Origin: Thermostichus sp. DRC_bins_24
GTDB taxonomy: Bacteria > Cyanobacteriota > Cyanobacteriia > Thermostichales > Thermostichaceae
NCBI GenBank assembly: GCA_039794845.1
Contig: JAUQVK010000112.1
Coordinates: forward strand, 1-64,000
Direction: 5' to 3'
DNA length: 64,000 bases
Shown one piece after another: positions 21,088-33,335 of the stretch. The notes under the pieces were generated by a model, which saw only the letters and a list, made by a program, of their open reading frames with translations, ran no database searches and had not been told where the DNA came from. A program made the translations under genes and the position numbers. Position 1 is the stretch's first letter. Each line of letters opens with the position of its first letter.

Positions 21088-22275
21088 CTAGCCTAAGGGG
21101 GCTGGCGGCTCAGGGAGCTGTGAGGGGGTCGGAGCCCTATCGTGACCGACCTCCGCCCCCCAAGCCTTCAGGTAAGCCCGTTGCTCTGGGGAAAGGCGAC
21201 GCACCTGGCGAAAATCGGCCCCTGCCACGATTGCCCCGGCATAGGCCCCGCTTTTGAAATCGGGTTTTTGTCCCGGTTGAGCGGGAGAGGCAGTTTCCAA
21301 AGGTCCGACAAACAGCAAGGCCCGGTACAGGTCAGCTCCCCTGAAATCCGCATGGCGTAGGTTGGCTCCGCACAAATTGGCATAGCTGAGATCACAACCC
21401 TGCAAGTTGGCCCCTTCCAGACTGGCTTCACTTAGATCGATGGCCCGCAATTGGGTGCCGTGCAGATCGGCCCCCTCCAACATCGTCTCCAGTTTGACGA
21501 CGCGGATCCCGTGCAGGCGATCCCGTTGGTAGCCGCCTTTGCCATCCAAAATCGGGCGCCCGAGGTGATCGTCGCGGCGTAGGGGGCTAAGCAAATTGGC
21601 CGTCGAGAGAAAGCGCAGAATCTTCGCTTTACCAAACCGATCCACCCCATTCAGCAGCGCGGCGGTGCGTCCGGCAGCAATGGCACGTTCTAAAGGCCAA
21701 TCGTCCAACTGACCATCGGGGGCCAGCACCAGACCAGAAATCCCCTCGAAATAGGCATCGATGGTTTGCTGCTGGGTGATTACATTCTGCTGAATGGTCA
21801 GATCCCGAGAGATGATGTACTGCCGCCAGGCAATGTAAGCCGCCAAAATGGCAATTAAAATTTGTCCTGCCGCTCCAAACACCTCCCCCAGCGCCCCGAT
21901 GGCTTCCCAACTCAGGGATCCCACCCCCGTCAGGATCCCGCTCAGATACACCCCTCCCACCATCGCCAAGCTGAGGGCCACCCCCATCCACAAAGCGCCG
22001 GGCCAACTGCGCAACTGATGCCAGAGACTGCGCCCCACCCTGGCCCAGAGCTGTCGCCCCCACCAACCCGCCAAGCCCACCCAAGCCAGCACGGCACCCC
22101 AGCCCAAACCCGGCTGAGCTGTCAGCAGGGCCAGCACCCAGAGCCCTCCGGGGATCCCCAACAACAGCAGATTGAGTAGGGGCCGCCAAGGGGGGACAAG
22201 GGCAAAGGAGACCCCCGACTCGGGAGTGGGAGGGTCGAACGGCAGGAATTCGGGGGCAAAAGGTTTGGAGGTCAT
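21088..22275 (-). CDS. Membrane-bound pentapeptide repeat protein
   Basis: N-terminal TMs; A(D/N)LxG-type pentapeptide repeats; TQQQTIDAYF. Confidence 0.88.
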   Translation of the reverse strand: MTSKPFAPEFLPFDPPTPESGVSFALVPPWRPLLNLLLLGIPGGLWVLALLTAQPGLGWGAVLAWVGLAGWWGRQLWARVGRSLWHQLRSWPGALWMGVALSLAMVGGVYLSGILTGVGSLSWEAIGALGEVFGAAGQILIAILAAYIAWRQYIISRDLTIQQNVITQQQTIDAYFEGISGLVLAPDGQLDDWPLERAIAAGRTAALLNGVDRFGKAKILRFLSTANLLSPLRRDDHLGRPILDGKGGYQRDRLHGIRVVKLETMLEGADLHGTQLRAIDLSEASLEGANLQGCDLSYANLCGANLRHADFRGADLYRALLFVGPLETASPAQPGQKPDFKSGAYAGAIVAGADFRQVRRLSPEQRAYLKAWGAEVGHDRAPTPSQLPEPPAPLG

Positions 22276-22445
22276 GGGATCCTTTGGACGAGAGGATACT
22301 CCAGGGCTAGCGTTGGAGCCAGAAAAAGAAGCCTGCGTTAGTCCGTATCTGGGGGTGAGTACCAGGGCAGGATCCCGTTCCCCAGGTTTGTTAGGATAAC
22401 CTCGACCTTCCTTCTCTAGCCCAACCCGGTGTGAGGGTGACAACT

Positions 22446-24257
22446 ATGGTGATCTCTTTATTGTCTACTGCTCTGCAGAAGTCCAGCGGACGGCAATCCA
22501 CAGCAGGCAAATCTGGCTTACGGGTGCAGCATTTCGCCTCCTCCCTGCTACTCGGCACCACCTTGCTACTGGCGGCGGGTTTCGATCCCGGTTGGGCCCA
22601 AACCTCCTTGGATACGGGCATTTCGGGGGATCAAACCTTACCCAGTGTCCCCCCTCTGCCGGACAATCGCCCCGCCATTTTCGTGGATGCCGCCAATGGC
22701 AGCGACACCCGTGGGGATGGATCCCGCAGCAATCCCTTCCAAACCATTACCCATGCCGTCCAACGGGCCCCTGCCGGTAGTGTGATTCAGCTTTTTCCCG
22801 GGGTTTACAGCGAGCAGAGCGGCGAGATTTTCCCCATTCGTCTCAGGAGCGGCCTCACCCTGCGAGGGGACGAGTCCACCCTGGGAGAAGGTTACCTGAT
22901 CACGGGAGGGGGCACCTACATCAGCCCGACGGTGGCCCGGCAAAATATCACCATGCTGGCGGAGACCGGGTCAGAGGTGCGGGGCGTCACCATGCGCAAT
23001 GAAGGTCGGCGGGGCTACGCCCTCTGGGTGGAATCGGCCGCCCCTCGCGTCCTCAACAACAGTTTTGTGGGCAGCATCCACGATGGCATCTTTATTACCG
23101 GTGCTTCTAACCCCTGGGTGGAGGGCAATCGCTTTTACAAGAATGGGGCGAGTGGCATTTCCGTCTTGGGCACCTCTCAGCCCACCATCGTCAACAACCT
23201 GTTTCAAGAAACCGGCTTCGGTCTTACCCTCGACCAGCGCTCTACCCCAATTGTGCGCAACAACCGCATTCTGCAAAACCGCACCGGTGTGCTCGTTGGC
23301 GGTAGCTCCCAGCCAATACTGCGCAACAACTTCATTGCCCAGAACCTGGAAACCGGCCTCACCGCCATCACCACGGCCCTACCGGATCTGGGCACCGCTT
23401 CGGATCCCGGCAACAACATCTTCGAGGGCAACGGCCAGTACGACATCCACAATTCCACCCGTGGCCTGCGCATCAATGCCAACGGCAACCAACTCCGGGG
23501 CCAAACCAAAGGGGATCTGGATCTGGCGGGCCAATCCACCGTGGCGGCGGCTCCCACTGCTGCTCCCAACCCCATCTCTCCTGGCACTCTGGCTCTGCCC
23601 AGCGCTCCAACCTTGCCTGCTGCCCCGGCTGAAGCGGAGCCTGTACCTGCGGCGGTTACCCCGGCTGAGACCACCCCAACCATGCCGATTTTGACGGTGC
23701 CAGAATCCACCGCTCCCACCGCCGTTTCCCCCACCGAGGGATCCGGAGGGCGTATTTTACCTGACGTTCCTGTGAGTGGCTCTGAAACCTCGCCAACTGC
23801 TCCGGTCACGGCCACAGCACCTGCCCCGCCACCGCCAACCCAAGAATTTACCGCAGTGCCCTTTACGCCGGATGGCTCCACCACCCCTGCCCAACCGGTG
23901 GATCCCCCCGTCACCGCCAGCCGCCCTGCCCCCCTGATGGATATCACCACCCTGTTGCCCCCACCGGCTCAGCGTCAATCCCAAGCTGCCCCGGCGGCTC
24001 CCGTTGCCCCAGCCCCACCCGCAACTACTGTCGCTGCGGCAGATTCTGCCACCCAGTTTCGAGTCCTGGTCACCCCCAGAAGCAGTGAGGATTTGAATCG
24101 GTTACGCCAACTCATTCCCGGTGCGGTGGAAACCGTGTTTAACGGCAGAAATGTACTCCAAGCCGGTCTCTACGACAGCCGCAGCCAAGCTCAGTCGGTG
24201 TTGGATCAGCTGTTGGATGCCGGCTTTGAAGCCGTGGCCGAGATGATCTTCCGCTGA
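22446..24257 (+). CDS. DUF1565 parallel beta-helix exported protein
   Basis: Signal-like N-terminus, PFQTITHA, GEIFPI, PDLGT...PGNN, Pro/Thr/Ala linker, small SPOR-like C-terminus. Confidence 0.85.
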   Translation: MVISLLSTALQKSSGRQSTAGKSGLRVQHFASSLLLGTTLLLAAGFDPGWAQTSLDTGISGDQTLPSVPPLPDNRPAIFVDAANGSDTRGDGSRSNPFQTITHAVQRAPAGSVIQLFPGVYSEQSGEIFPIRLRSGLTLRGDESTLGEGYLITGGGTYISPTVARQNITMLAETGSEVRGVTMRNEGRRGYALWVESAAPRVLNNSFVGSIHDGIFITGASNPWVEGNRFYKNGASGISVLGTSQPTIVNNLFQETGFGLTLDQRSTPIVRNNRILQNRTGVLVGGSSQPILRNNFIAQNLETGLTAITTALPDLGTASDPGNNIFEGNGQYDIHNSTRGLRINANGNQLRGQTKGDLDLAGQSTVAAAPTAAPNPISPGTLALPSAPTLPAAPAEAEPVPAAVTPAETTPTMPILTVPESTAPTAVSPTEGSGGRILPDVPVSGSETSPTAPVTATAPAPPPPTQEFTAVPFTPDGSTTPAQPVDPPVTASRPAPLMDITTLLPPPAQRQSQAAPAAPVAPAPPATTVAAADSATQFRVLVTPRSSEDLNRLRQLIPGAVETVFNGRNVLQAGLYDSRSQAQSVLDQLLDAGFEAVAEMIFR

Positions 24258-24317
24258 ACGGCTGCCTGAGTGGGATCCAAGCCACAATGGGGATAACCCA
24301 CCACAGAAGGGATCCCT

Positions 24318-26300
24318 TTGCAACCTGGTCGTGTCAGCGGGACGCCGTCCCGTCGCCCTTGGATTCCCACCTCTCACCGCCTGGTGTTGTTCAGCGGCAA
24401 GGGGGGGGTGGGCAAAACCACTCTCACCTGTGCCCTGGCCCGCCAACTGGCCCGGGAGGAGCCCCAACGGCATATTCTCTTGATTTCCACGGATCCCGCC
24501 CACTCCTTAGGGGATGTGCTGGATTTTCCGGTGACCGATGCGGCCCAACCTCTGCCGGATCGGCCCAACTTGCAGGTACGGGCCTTGCAGGCGGAGGTTT
24601 TGTTAACGGCCTTCAAACAAACCTACGGAGAGGCCCTAGAGCTGATTGCCGAGCGGGGCAGTTGGTTTGGCCGCGAAGATCTGCTGCCCGTCTGGGATTT
24701 AACTTGGCCGGGGGTGGATGAATTGATGGCGATTCTGGAGGTAAATCGGCTGCTGGCGGGGGGGGCAGTGGATACCATCATTCTGGATACGGCTCCCACC
24801 GGCCATACCCTGCGGCTGCTGGAGCTACCCGATTTTCTGGACAATTTGCTGGCGGTTTTTGCCACCTTTCAGGCCAAGCACCGCGAGATCGCCCAAGCCC
24901 TAACGGGCACCTACCGGACGGATGAAGCAGATGCCTTTTTGGCCCAACTGCAGGGGGAACTCCAGGGGGGTAAAGCCCGCTTGACGGACCCGGCCACCAC
25001 TTCCGCTTGGTTGGTGATGCTCCCCGAGCATCTGAGTGTGGAAGAAACCCGGCGCTTCTGTCAGCAGTTGCAGCATCGCCGTGTACCCATCGGCGGCATC
25101 CTCGTCAACCAGGTGCTGTGGGAAAGCCCAGAGCAGCCCTCACCTCTGTATCTGGCCCGCCAACAGGAACAAAGCCGCATGCTCAAGGCTCTGACGGCAG
25201 GGCTGCCCGATTACCCGATTTGGGTCTGTCCCTACCGGTTGCAAGAGCCGATTGGGTCGTCGGCTCTGGATGGCTTGGTGGAGCAGCTGCGCCCTCTGTC
25301 GGAGTTGCCGGCGATCAACCCTTTGGCCATCCCTGAAAACAGGATCCCTGCGGAAGGGACGGACACCCTGCGCCTACCGGATTTTTTGAACCAGGGGATG
25401 CGGCTGGTCTTAACGGGAGGCAAAGGGGGTGTGGGCAAAACGACGGTGGCCGGAGCACTGGCCTGGAACTTGGCCAAACGACATCCCGACAAGCAGCTGT
25501 TGCTGGTCTCGATCGATCCGGCCCATTCTTTGGGGGATCTGTTCGCGGTGCCGTTGGGTCAGGATCCCGTGCCTTTACTGCCCAACCTGATGGGCCAGGA
25601 GATCGACGCAGCGGTGGTGTTGGAGCAGTTCCGGCAAGACTACCTGGAGGATATCGTCGCCATCTTGGCCGGAGAATCCACCGCTGGGGTTGAAGTGCAG
25701 TACGATCCCCAAGCTTGGCGACAACTGCTGCAAATGCCCCCACCCGGTTTGGATGAAGTGATGGCGCTGCTGACGGTACTGGAACAAAGCGCGGCAGGTC
25801 AGTTCGATTTGGTGGTGCTGGATACAGCCCCCACAGGGCACATGTTGCGGTTTTTGCAGATGCCCCAAGCTCTGGAGGGATGGGTGAGCTTGGCCCTGAA
25901 GCTGTGGCTGAAATATCGAGATGTGGTGGGCAGGCCGGAATTGGCTCAGCGGCTGCGGGGGTTGTTGGCCCAGGTGCGGCAACTGCGGCAACAACTGCAG
26001 GATCCGCAGTTCGTCACCTTTATTCCCGTCTTCAATCCTGAGCAGGCGGTACTGGCGGAAACCGAGCGTCTCCTGGCGGAATTGGATGAGCTGGGGATCC
26101 CACACCCCTATGCCGTCCTCAATCGAGTTTGGTTGGACACCTCCGATCCCTTCGGACAAACGGTGAGCCGGCGCCATCAGGCCATTTTGGCCCAACTGCC
26201 CGAGCGACTCCCCCAACAACGGATTTTGCGGATCCCGTTCCTGCATCCCCCCAGTTTGGAGAGAATGGGAGCCTATTTGTTCTCCCCTCACCAACCCTAG
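24318..26300 (+). CDS. ArsA/Get3 family ATPase, two fused domains
   Basis: Two GKGGVGKTT, two DPAHSLGD and two DTAPTGH motifs. Confidence 0.93.
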   Translation: MQPGRVSGTPSRRPWIPTSHRLVLFSGKGGVGKTTLTCALARQLAREEPQRHILLISTDPAHSLGDVLDFPVTDAAQPLPDRPNLQVRALQAEVLLTAFKQTYGEALELIAERGSWFGREDLLPVWDLTWPGVDELMAILEVNRLLAGGAVDTIILDTAPTGHTLRLLELPDFLDNLLAVFATFQAKHREIAQALTGTYRTDEADAFLAQLQGELQGGKARLTDPATTSAWLVMLPEHLSVEETRRFCQQLQHRRVPIGGILVNQVLWESPEQPSPLYLARQQEQSRMLKALTAGLPDYPIWVCPYRLQEPIGSSALDGLVEQLRPLSELPAINPLAIPENRIPAEGTDTLRLPDFLNQGMRLVLTGGKGGVGKTTVAGALAWNLAKRHPDKQLLLVSIDPAHSLGDLFAVPLGQDPVPLLPNLMGQEIDAAVVLEQFRQDYLEDIVAILAGESTAGVEVQYDPQAWRQLLQMPPPGLDEVMALLTVLEQSAAGQFDLVVLDTAPTGHMLRFLQMPQALEGWVSLALKLWLKYRDVVGRPELAQRLRGLLAQVRQLRQQLQDPQFVTFIPVFNPEQAVLAETERLLAELDELGIPHPYAVLNRVWLDTSDPFGQTVSRRHQAILAQLPERLPQQRILRIPFLHPPSLERMGAYLFSPHQP

Positions 26301-26349
26301 CCTGGGTCATGTTGGCAGCAAATCCTAACCCCTTTTGAGGAGGTTTCTG

Positions 26350-26913
26350 ATGGCACGAACTTTATCCCAAACACTCACTTTGGAAGAGTTTCTGGGTTTG
26401 CCCGAAACCAAACCTGCCGGTGAATACATTGACGGACAAATTGTGCAAAAACCCATGCCTCAGGGGAAACGCAGCTTATTGCAGGGAGAACTACTCCTCA
26501 CCCTCAACAGTCATCTGAAACCTCAACACAGGGCTCGAGCTTTTCCGGAGTTACGCTGTACCTTTGCAGGACGCTCCATTGTGCCGGACATTGCCGTTTT
26601 TCGCTGGGCGCGGATCCCACGCGATGAAAAGGGAGAGGTGGCCAATGTGTTTCCCATGGCACCGGATTGGACAATAGAAATCCTGTCTTCAGAACAAAGC
26701 CAGACAAAAGCAACGAAAAATATCCTTCACTGCCTCAAACAGGGCACAGAGATGGGCTGGTTGATCGACCCAGCAGAGCAAACTCTATTCATCTACAGAC
26801 CTCAACAAGAACCGGAGGTTTTGGATGAGTTGAGCCAGCGCCTTCCTGTCCCTGCGTTCGCGGCAGGATTGGAGTTATCGCTCGGAGAGATATTCGATTG
26901 GTTTTTGGAATGA
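26350..26913 (+). CDS. Uma2 family endonuclease-like protein
   Basis: EYIDGQIVQKPMP, VPDIAV, PDWTIEILS, GWLIDP. Confidence 0.93.
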   Translation: MARTLSQTLTLEEFLGLPETKPAGEYIDGQIVQKPMPQGKRSLLQGELLLTLNSHLKPQHRARAFPELRCTFAGRSIVPDIAVFRWARIPRDEKGEVANVFPMAPDWTIEILSSEQSQTKATKNILHCLKQGTEMGWLIDPAEQTLFIYRPQQEPEVLDELSQRLPVPAFAAGLELSLGEIFDWFLE

Positions 26914-26929
26914 GTGGCTGGCGGCTTGA

Positions 26930-29008
<2,079 letters not shown>

Positions 29009-29072
29009 ATTCCCAAAAAATCTAGGAGGGATGGGTTGTTCTGCCTGCAGGGATGATCTAAGATTCAGTTCT

Positions 29073-29134
29073 AGTGAGGAGTGGACGCCAATAGGGGGAA
29101 GTGGACGAAACACGGACAGTCCCTTCCCCTTTTT
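29073..29134 (+). ncRNA. yfr2: Yfr2-family small RNA
   Basis: 5' GTGAGGAGT, hairpin with GAAACACGG loop, U tract; TAAGAT -10 element at 29059-29064. Confidence 0.75.
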
Positions 29135-29250
29135 GGTTCGAGAAGGTGCAAATGATCCTCGCAAAAAAGTATCTGACTTAACTGTAAAGGCTTCATTCCT
29201 CTGATTGCCGTCTTTGCCAGGGCCAGGAGAGTTCCACTATGATGAGAACA

Positions 29251-29319
29251 GCGGAGACGCATGTTTCCGTTCACTCCTCACACCATCTTCCGCTCGGCGT
29301 AAAGTCGGGCGGTTTTCTT
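29251..29319 (+). ncRNA. yfr1: Yfr1 small RNA
   Basis: Conserved ACTCCTCACAC (29273-29283) between a 5' hairpin and a terminator hairpin; TATGAT -10 element at 29238-29243. Confidence 0.92.
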
Positions 29320-29624
29320 GTGAAGGCTGCTTGTGAAAATACCACCCCCAAATTGACCTGAGGATCCCCTTGGGCAAAGGTGGGTGGACAACGGCGTCGC
29401 TCCTCCATCCACCGGCTTCATCCAGGTTCTCCAGCAGTCTGAGGGGAGAAACTCTACAGACCGGATAGAAATGCTAGACTAGTGGGTCAGTGAGATTTGC
29501 ACAAATTCCGGCATCCTTGCCCCTTCGCCGCCGATTTGCTGCACATTTTCTGAACGTGACCATTCAGCCTCCTTCTGGCTTTTGCCGGGTAGGATAGCCG
29601 AGAGCGAGCAGCAACGAGGATCCC

Positions 29625-30974
29625 ATGGCCAAATATGACTCCCACTTGAAATGCTCTTTCTGCAACAAGTCGCAGGATCAAGTTCGTAAATTGATTGCGG
29701 GGCCAGGGGTTTACATCTGTGATGAATGCGTCGACCTCTGCAACGAAATTTTGGATGAGGAACTCTACGACGGCAACACCCCTGCCGCCACCACCCCTGC
29801 CGCCAGCCGCCGCGAAGCCCCGAAAAAGTCTCCCCGCAGCCTGCCCTCTTTGGCACAGCTGCCCAAACCACGGGAGATCATGCGCTATCTCGACCAGTAT
29901 GTGATCGGTCAGGAAAACGCCAAAAAGATCCTATCGGTCGCGGTTTACAACCACTACAAGCGGCTTGCAGCCAAGGCCGCCCCCAGCAGCGGCGCCGGCA
30001 CCTCCGAATTGGACGAGGTGGAACTGCAAAAGTCCAACATTTTGATCATCGGCCCCACCGGTTCCGGGAAAACCCTGCTGGCGGAGACCTTAGCCCGTAT
30101 GTTGGAAGTTCCCTTTGCAGTGGCCGATGCCACTACCCTCACGGAAGCGGGCTATGTAGGGGAAGATGTGGAAAACATCCTCCTGCGCTTGTTACAGGTG
30201 GCGGATCTGGATGTGGAAGAAGCCCAGCGCGGCATCATCTACATTGACGAAATCGACAAGATTGCCCGCAAGAGCGAAAACCCCTCCATTACCCGCGATG
30301 TTTCCGGGGAAGGGGTGCAGCAGGCTTTGTTGAAGATGTTGGAGGGGACCATCGCCAATGTGCCCCCTCAAGGCGGTCGCAAGCACCCCTACCAAGACTG
30401 CATTCAAATTGACACCTCTAATATCCTCTTCATTTGCGGAGGCGCTTTTGTCGGCTTGGAGAAGGTGATCGAGCAGCGCATCGGCAAAAAATCGATGGGC
30501 TTCATCAAGCAAGGGGAACAACTGTCGGTCACCCGCGACCAGCGCATGGCGGATGCCCTCAAGGCCCTGGAACCGGATGATCTGGTCAAGTACGGCATGA
30601 TCCCCGAGTTCACGGGGCGGATCCCGGTGGTGGCAACTTTGGATCCCTTGGACGAAAAGGCGCTGGAGGCAATCTTAACCCAGCCCAAAAACGCCATTCT
30701 CAAGCAATCCCAGAAGCTGCTGCGCATGGACGGGGTAGAGCTGGAATTCGAGCCTGCCGCCATTTCTGCCATTGCCAAGGAGGCTTACCGCCGTAAAACC
30801 GGGGCTCGGGCACTGCGGGCCATTGTCGAAGAGCTGATGTTGGATGTGATGTACGAGATTCCCTCCCGCCGCGACATCAAGCAGATGCGCATCACCGCCG
30901 AGATGGTGGAGCGCCGTTCTACCCGTGAGTTAATCCCCCATCCCTCCACCTTGCCCAAACCCGAGTCTGCCTGA
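29625..30974 (+). CDS. clpX: Clp protease ATP-binding subunit
   Basis: CSFC...[26 protein letters not shown]. Confidence 0.99.
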   Translation: MAKYDSHLKCSFCNKSQDQVRKLIAGPGVYICDECVDLCNEILDEELYDGNTPAATTPAASRREAPKKSPRSLPSLAQLPKPREIMRYLDQYVIGQENAKKILSVAVYNHYKRLAAKAAPSSGAGTSELDEVELQKSNILIIGPTGSGKTLLAETLARMLEVPFAVADATTLTEAGYVGEDVENILLRLLQVADLDVEEAQRGIIYIDEIDKIARKSENPSITRDVSGEGVQQALLKMLEGTIANVPPQGGRKHPYQDCIQIDTSNILFICGGAFVGLEKVIEQRIGKKSMGFIKQGEQLSVTRDQRMADALKALEPDDLVKYGMIPEFTGRIPVVATLDPLDEKALEAILTQPKNAILKQSQKLLRMDGVELEFEPAAISAIAKEAYRRKTGARALRAIVEELMLDVMYEIPSRRDIKQMRITAEMVERRSTRELIPHPSTLPKPESA

Positions 30975-31010
30975 GTGTAAGATCCTTCCAGGTGAGGGGC
31001 GGGGGAGCGC

Positions 31011-31676
31011 ATGGCTCGGCAGCGGGTGGATCGCGAGTATGCGGTGATCGGGCTGGGACGTTTTGGCTCGAGCTTGGCCCTTACGTTGGTAGAGCGGGGA
31101 CACAATGTTTTGGGGATCGATCGCAGCCGGGAGATTGTGCAGCGGTTGGCGGATCAGCTGACCCAGGTGGTGGCCCTAGATTCTAGCGATGAAGACGCTC
31201 TGCGGGCTGTCGACATTCTCTCCTTTGACACGGTGGTGGTGGCCATCGGCAGCGATTTCGAGAGCAACCTGTTGACCACCGTTGCGCTGAAAAGTTTGGG
31301 GGCTCGCAATGTGGTCTGCAAAGCCTCGACCGAACGTCAGCGCTCGATTCTGTTGCGGGTGGGGGCGGATCGGGTGGTGCTGCCCGAGCAGGAGGCGGGT
31401 CGCCGCTTGGCCCAGGTGTTGACGGCGCCCGGGATCCTGGATCAGTTGGAACTGGAGCCGGGCTACAGCATTACGGAGCTGCAGGTGCCACCGTCGTTGA
31501 TGGGTCATACCCTCTCAGAATCAGATTTGCGCCGCCGCTTCGGCATTACGGTATTGGTGGTGAAACGCAAGCAATCGTTGATCGTCTCGCCGCCGGCAGA
31601 TTATTTGCTGGAGGAAGGGGATCTGTTGGTGGTGTTGGGTGCCAACACGAATATCAGTCGGCTCAATGAGCTATGA
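31011..31676 (+). CDS. ktrA: TrkA/KtrA potassium uptake regulatory subunit
   Basis: VIGLGRFG, GADRVVLPE, RCK C-terminal domain. Confidence 0.92.
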   Translation: MARQRVDREYAVIGLGRFGSSLALTLVERGHNVLGIDRSREIVQRLADQLTQVVALDSSDEDALRAVDILSFDTVVVAIGSDFESNLLTTVALKSLGARNVVCKASTERQRSILLRVGADRVVLPEQEAGRRLAQVLTAPGILDQLELEPGYSITELQVPPSLMGHTLSESDLRRRFGITVLVVKRKQSLIVSPPADYLLEEGDLLVVLGANTNISRLNEL

Positions 31677-31685
31677 GGGATCCCA

Positions 31686-33086
31686 ATGAAATCCGAGACG
31701 GCTTCTGACCCTGCCTCAGCGCAACAGGCAGCGGCCTTTAAGCAGCGCTTTAATCGGTTCTTCGTCGGGGATAAACGTCGTCCGCTGCCGCCCCCACTGC
31801 GTTTGGTAACAGGGCTAGGGCTGCTGGCCGTAGTGGGGACTTTAATCCTGATGTTGCCAGGAATTGGGCGCGGGGATCCCTTGAGCTGGAATGAGGCCCT
31901 GTTCACGGCGATGTCGGCTTTGAGTGTGACGGGGCTCTCGATTATCCAGGTGGCCGATGACCTCACCCTGTTTGGCCAGATCGTGTTGCTCATCCTGATC
32001 CAAATCGGCGGGGTGGGCTTTATGGTGTTGGCGGTAGTGGTGTTTCAGCTGATTGGGCGGCGCATTTCTCTGTTGAATCGCTTGGCGCTGTGCAATTCTT
32101 TGGGGTTAATCGATCCGGGGGCAATCCTGGAGTTAACGCGGCGGGTATTGCTGTTCGTCAGCCTGATCGAGCTGGGGGGAGCACTGCTGCTGTGGGTACA
32201 TTGGCGCGATCTGTATGGGCCGGATCGGGCCATTTTTTTGGCCATTTTTCATGCGGTCTCTGCCTTTTGCAACGCTGGCTTTGATCTGTTCGGGAGAGAA
32301 GGGATCCCGACCGATAATCTGTCTTTGGGGATTTTGGCCGGTTTGATTTTTATCGGTGGGCTGGGCATTCCTGTGTTGTCGGATATGCTGACTTGGCCCC
32401 GCACCCACCGCCTCTCTTTACACACGCGCATCACGTTGGCGGTGGTGGTGGTGTTGCTTTGCACGGGTGGCCTTGGGATGTTCCTGGGGGAAAGTTTGCC
32501 CGGGGGATCACTGCTAGAGGTGAGCTGGCCCCGCCGCTTGGGCCTGACATTTTTTCAGTCGGTTTCCGCCCGCACAGCTGGGTTTGCCGGGATCCCGATC
32601 GACCATTTGTCCCCGCCGAGCCAGTTGTTGTTGATCGCCTTGATGTTTATCGGGGCCGCACCGGCCTCTATGGGCGGCGGCATCACCACCGGCACCTTTG
32701 CGGTCTTGGCCTTGGCCCTGTGGGGCTATGCCCGCGGGTTGCCCAGTGCTCAGATTGCCGGACGCAGTTTGGATCCTTCCATGGTGCGCAAGGCAGCAGC
32801 GGTGTTGACGGTTTCCCTGTTTGTGGTGCTCTTGGCCACTTGGTTGATTTTGATCAGCCACAGCAGCAGCAGGTTGGATCCGGTGCTGTTTGAAGTTATT
32901 TCCGCTTTCGCCACCTGCGGCCTTTCGACGGGGTTTACCGCAGACTTGAATCTGTTTGGCCAATTGATCATCGTTTTGGTGATGTTCTGGGGGCGCTTGG
33001 GGGCCCTGACGATTGTCTTGGCCTTGGCCCAACAGCAACCGCGCCAACTGGTGATCTACCCGGAGGAGCCGATTTTGATCGGTTAA
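31686..33086 (+). CDS. ktrB: TrkH/KtrB potassium uptake membrane subunit
   Basis: Pore motifs SVTGL, FCNAGF, RTAGF, ATCGLS. Confidence 0.93.
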   Translation: MKSETASDPASAQQAAAFKQRFNRFFVGDKRRPLPPPLRLVTGLGLLAVVGTLILMLPGIGRGDPLSWNEALFTAMSALSVTGLSIIQVADDLTLFGQIVLLILIQIGGVGFMVLAVVVFQLIGRRISLLNRLALCNSLGLIDPGAILELTRRVLLFVSLIELGGALLLWVHWRDLYGPDRAIFLAIFHAVSAFCNAGFDLFGREGIPTDNLSLGILAGLIFIGGLGIPVLSDMLTWPRTHRLSLHTRITLAVVVVLLCTGGLGMFLGESLPGGSLLEVSWPRRLGLTFFQSVSARTAGFAGIPIDHLSPPSQLLLIALMFIGAAPASMGGGITTGTFAVLALALWGYARGLPSAQIAGRSLDPSMVRKAAAVLTVSLFVVLLATWLILISHSSSRLDPVLFEVISAFATCGLSTGFTADLNLFGQLIIVLVMFWGRLGALTIVLALAQQQPRQLVIYPEEPILIG

Positions 33087-33335
33087 CCCCGTCTGCGTGC
33101 AAATGGGATGTGCTGGAGGATGGCGCCAGGTCTTCGGGAACTTGAGGAATGGGAATCTGCGTCGGGGGTTGCATTCCACCCGTGTTCTCACATCAAAGGT
33201 GGTTGGGGAAATGCTCAACTCTTCCCCGGTCAAGATCCGGCTCTCTCCCCTGAGCAGCCTCCGTTAGACTGAGTAACGAGCCCCTCAGGCCTGCTCTTGC
33301 TTGTCCTTTGTTCCTTAGCTTACTGGGAGCCCTCC

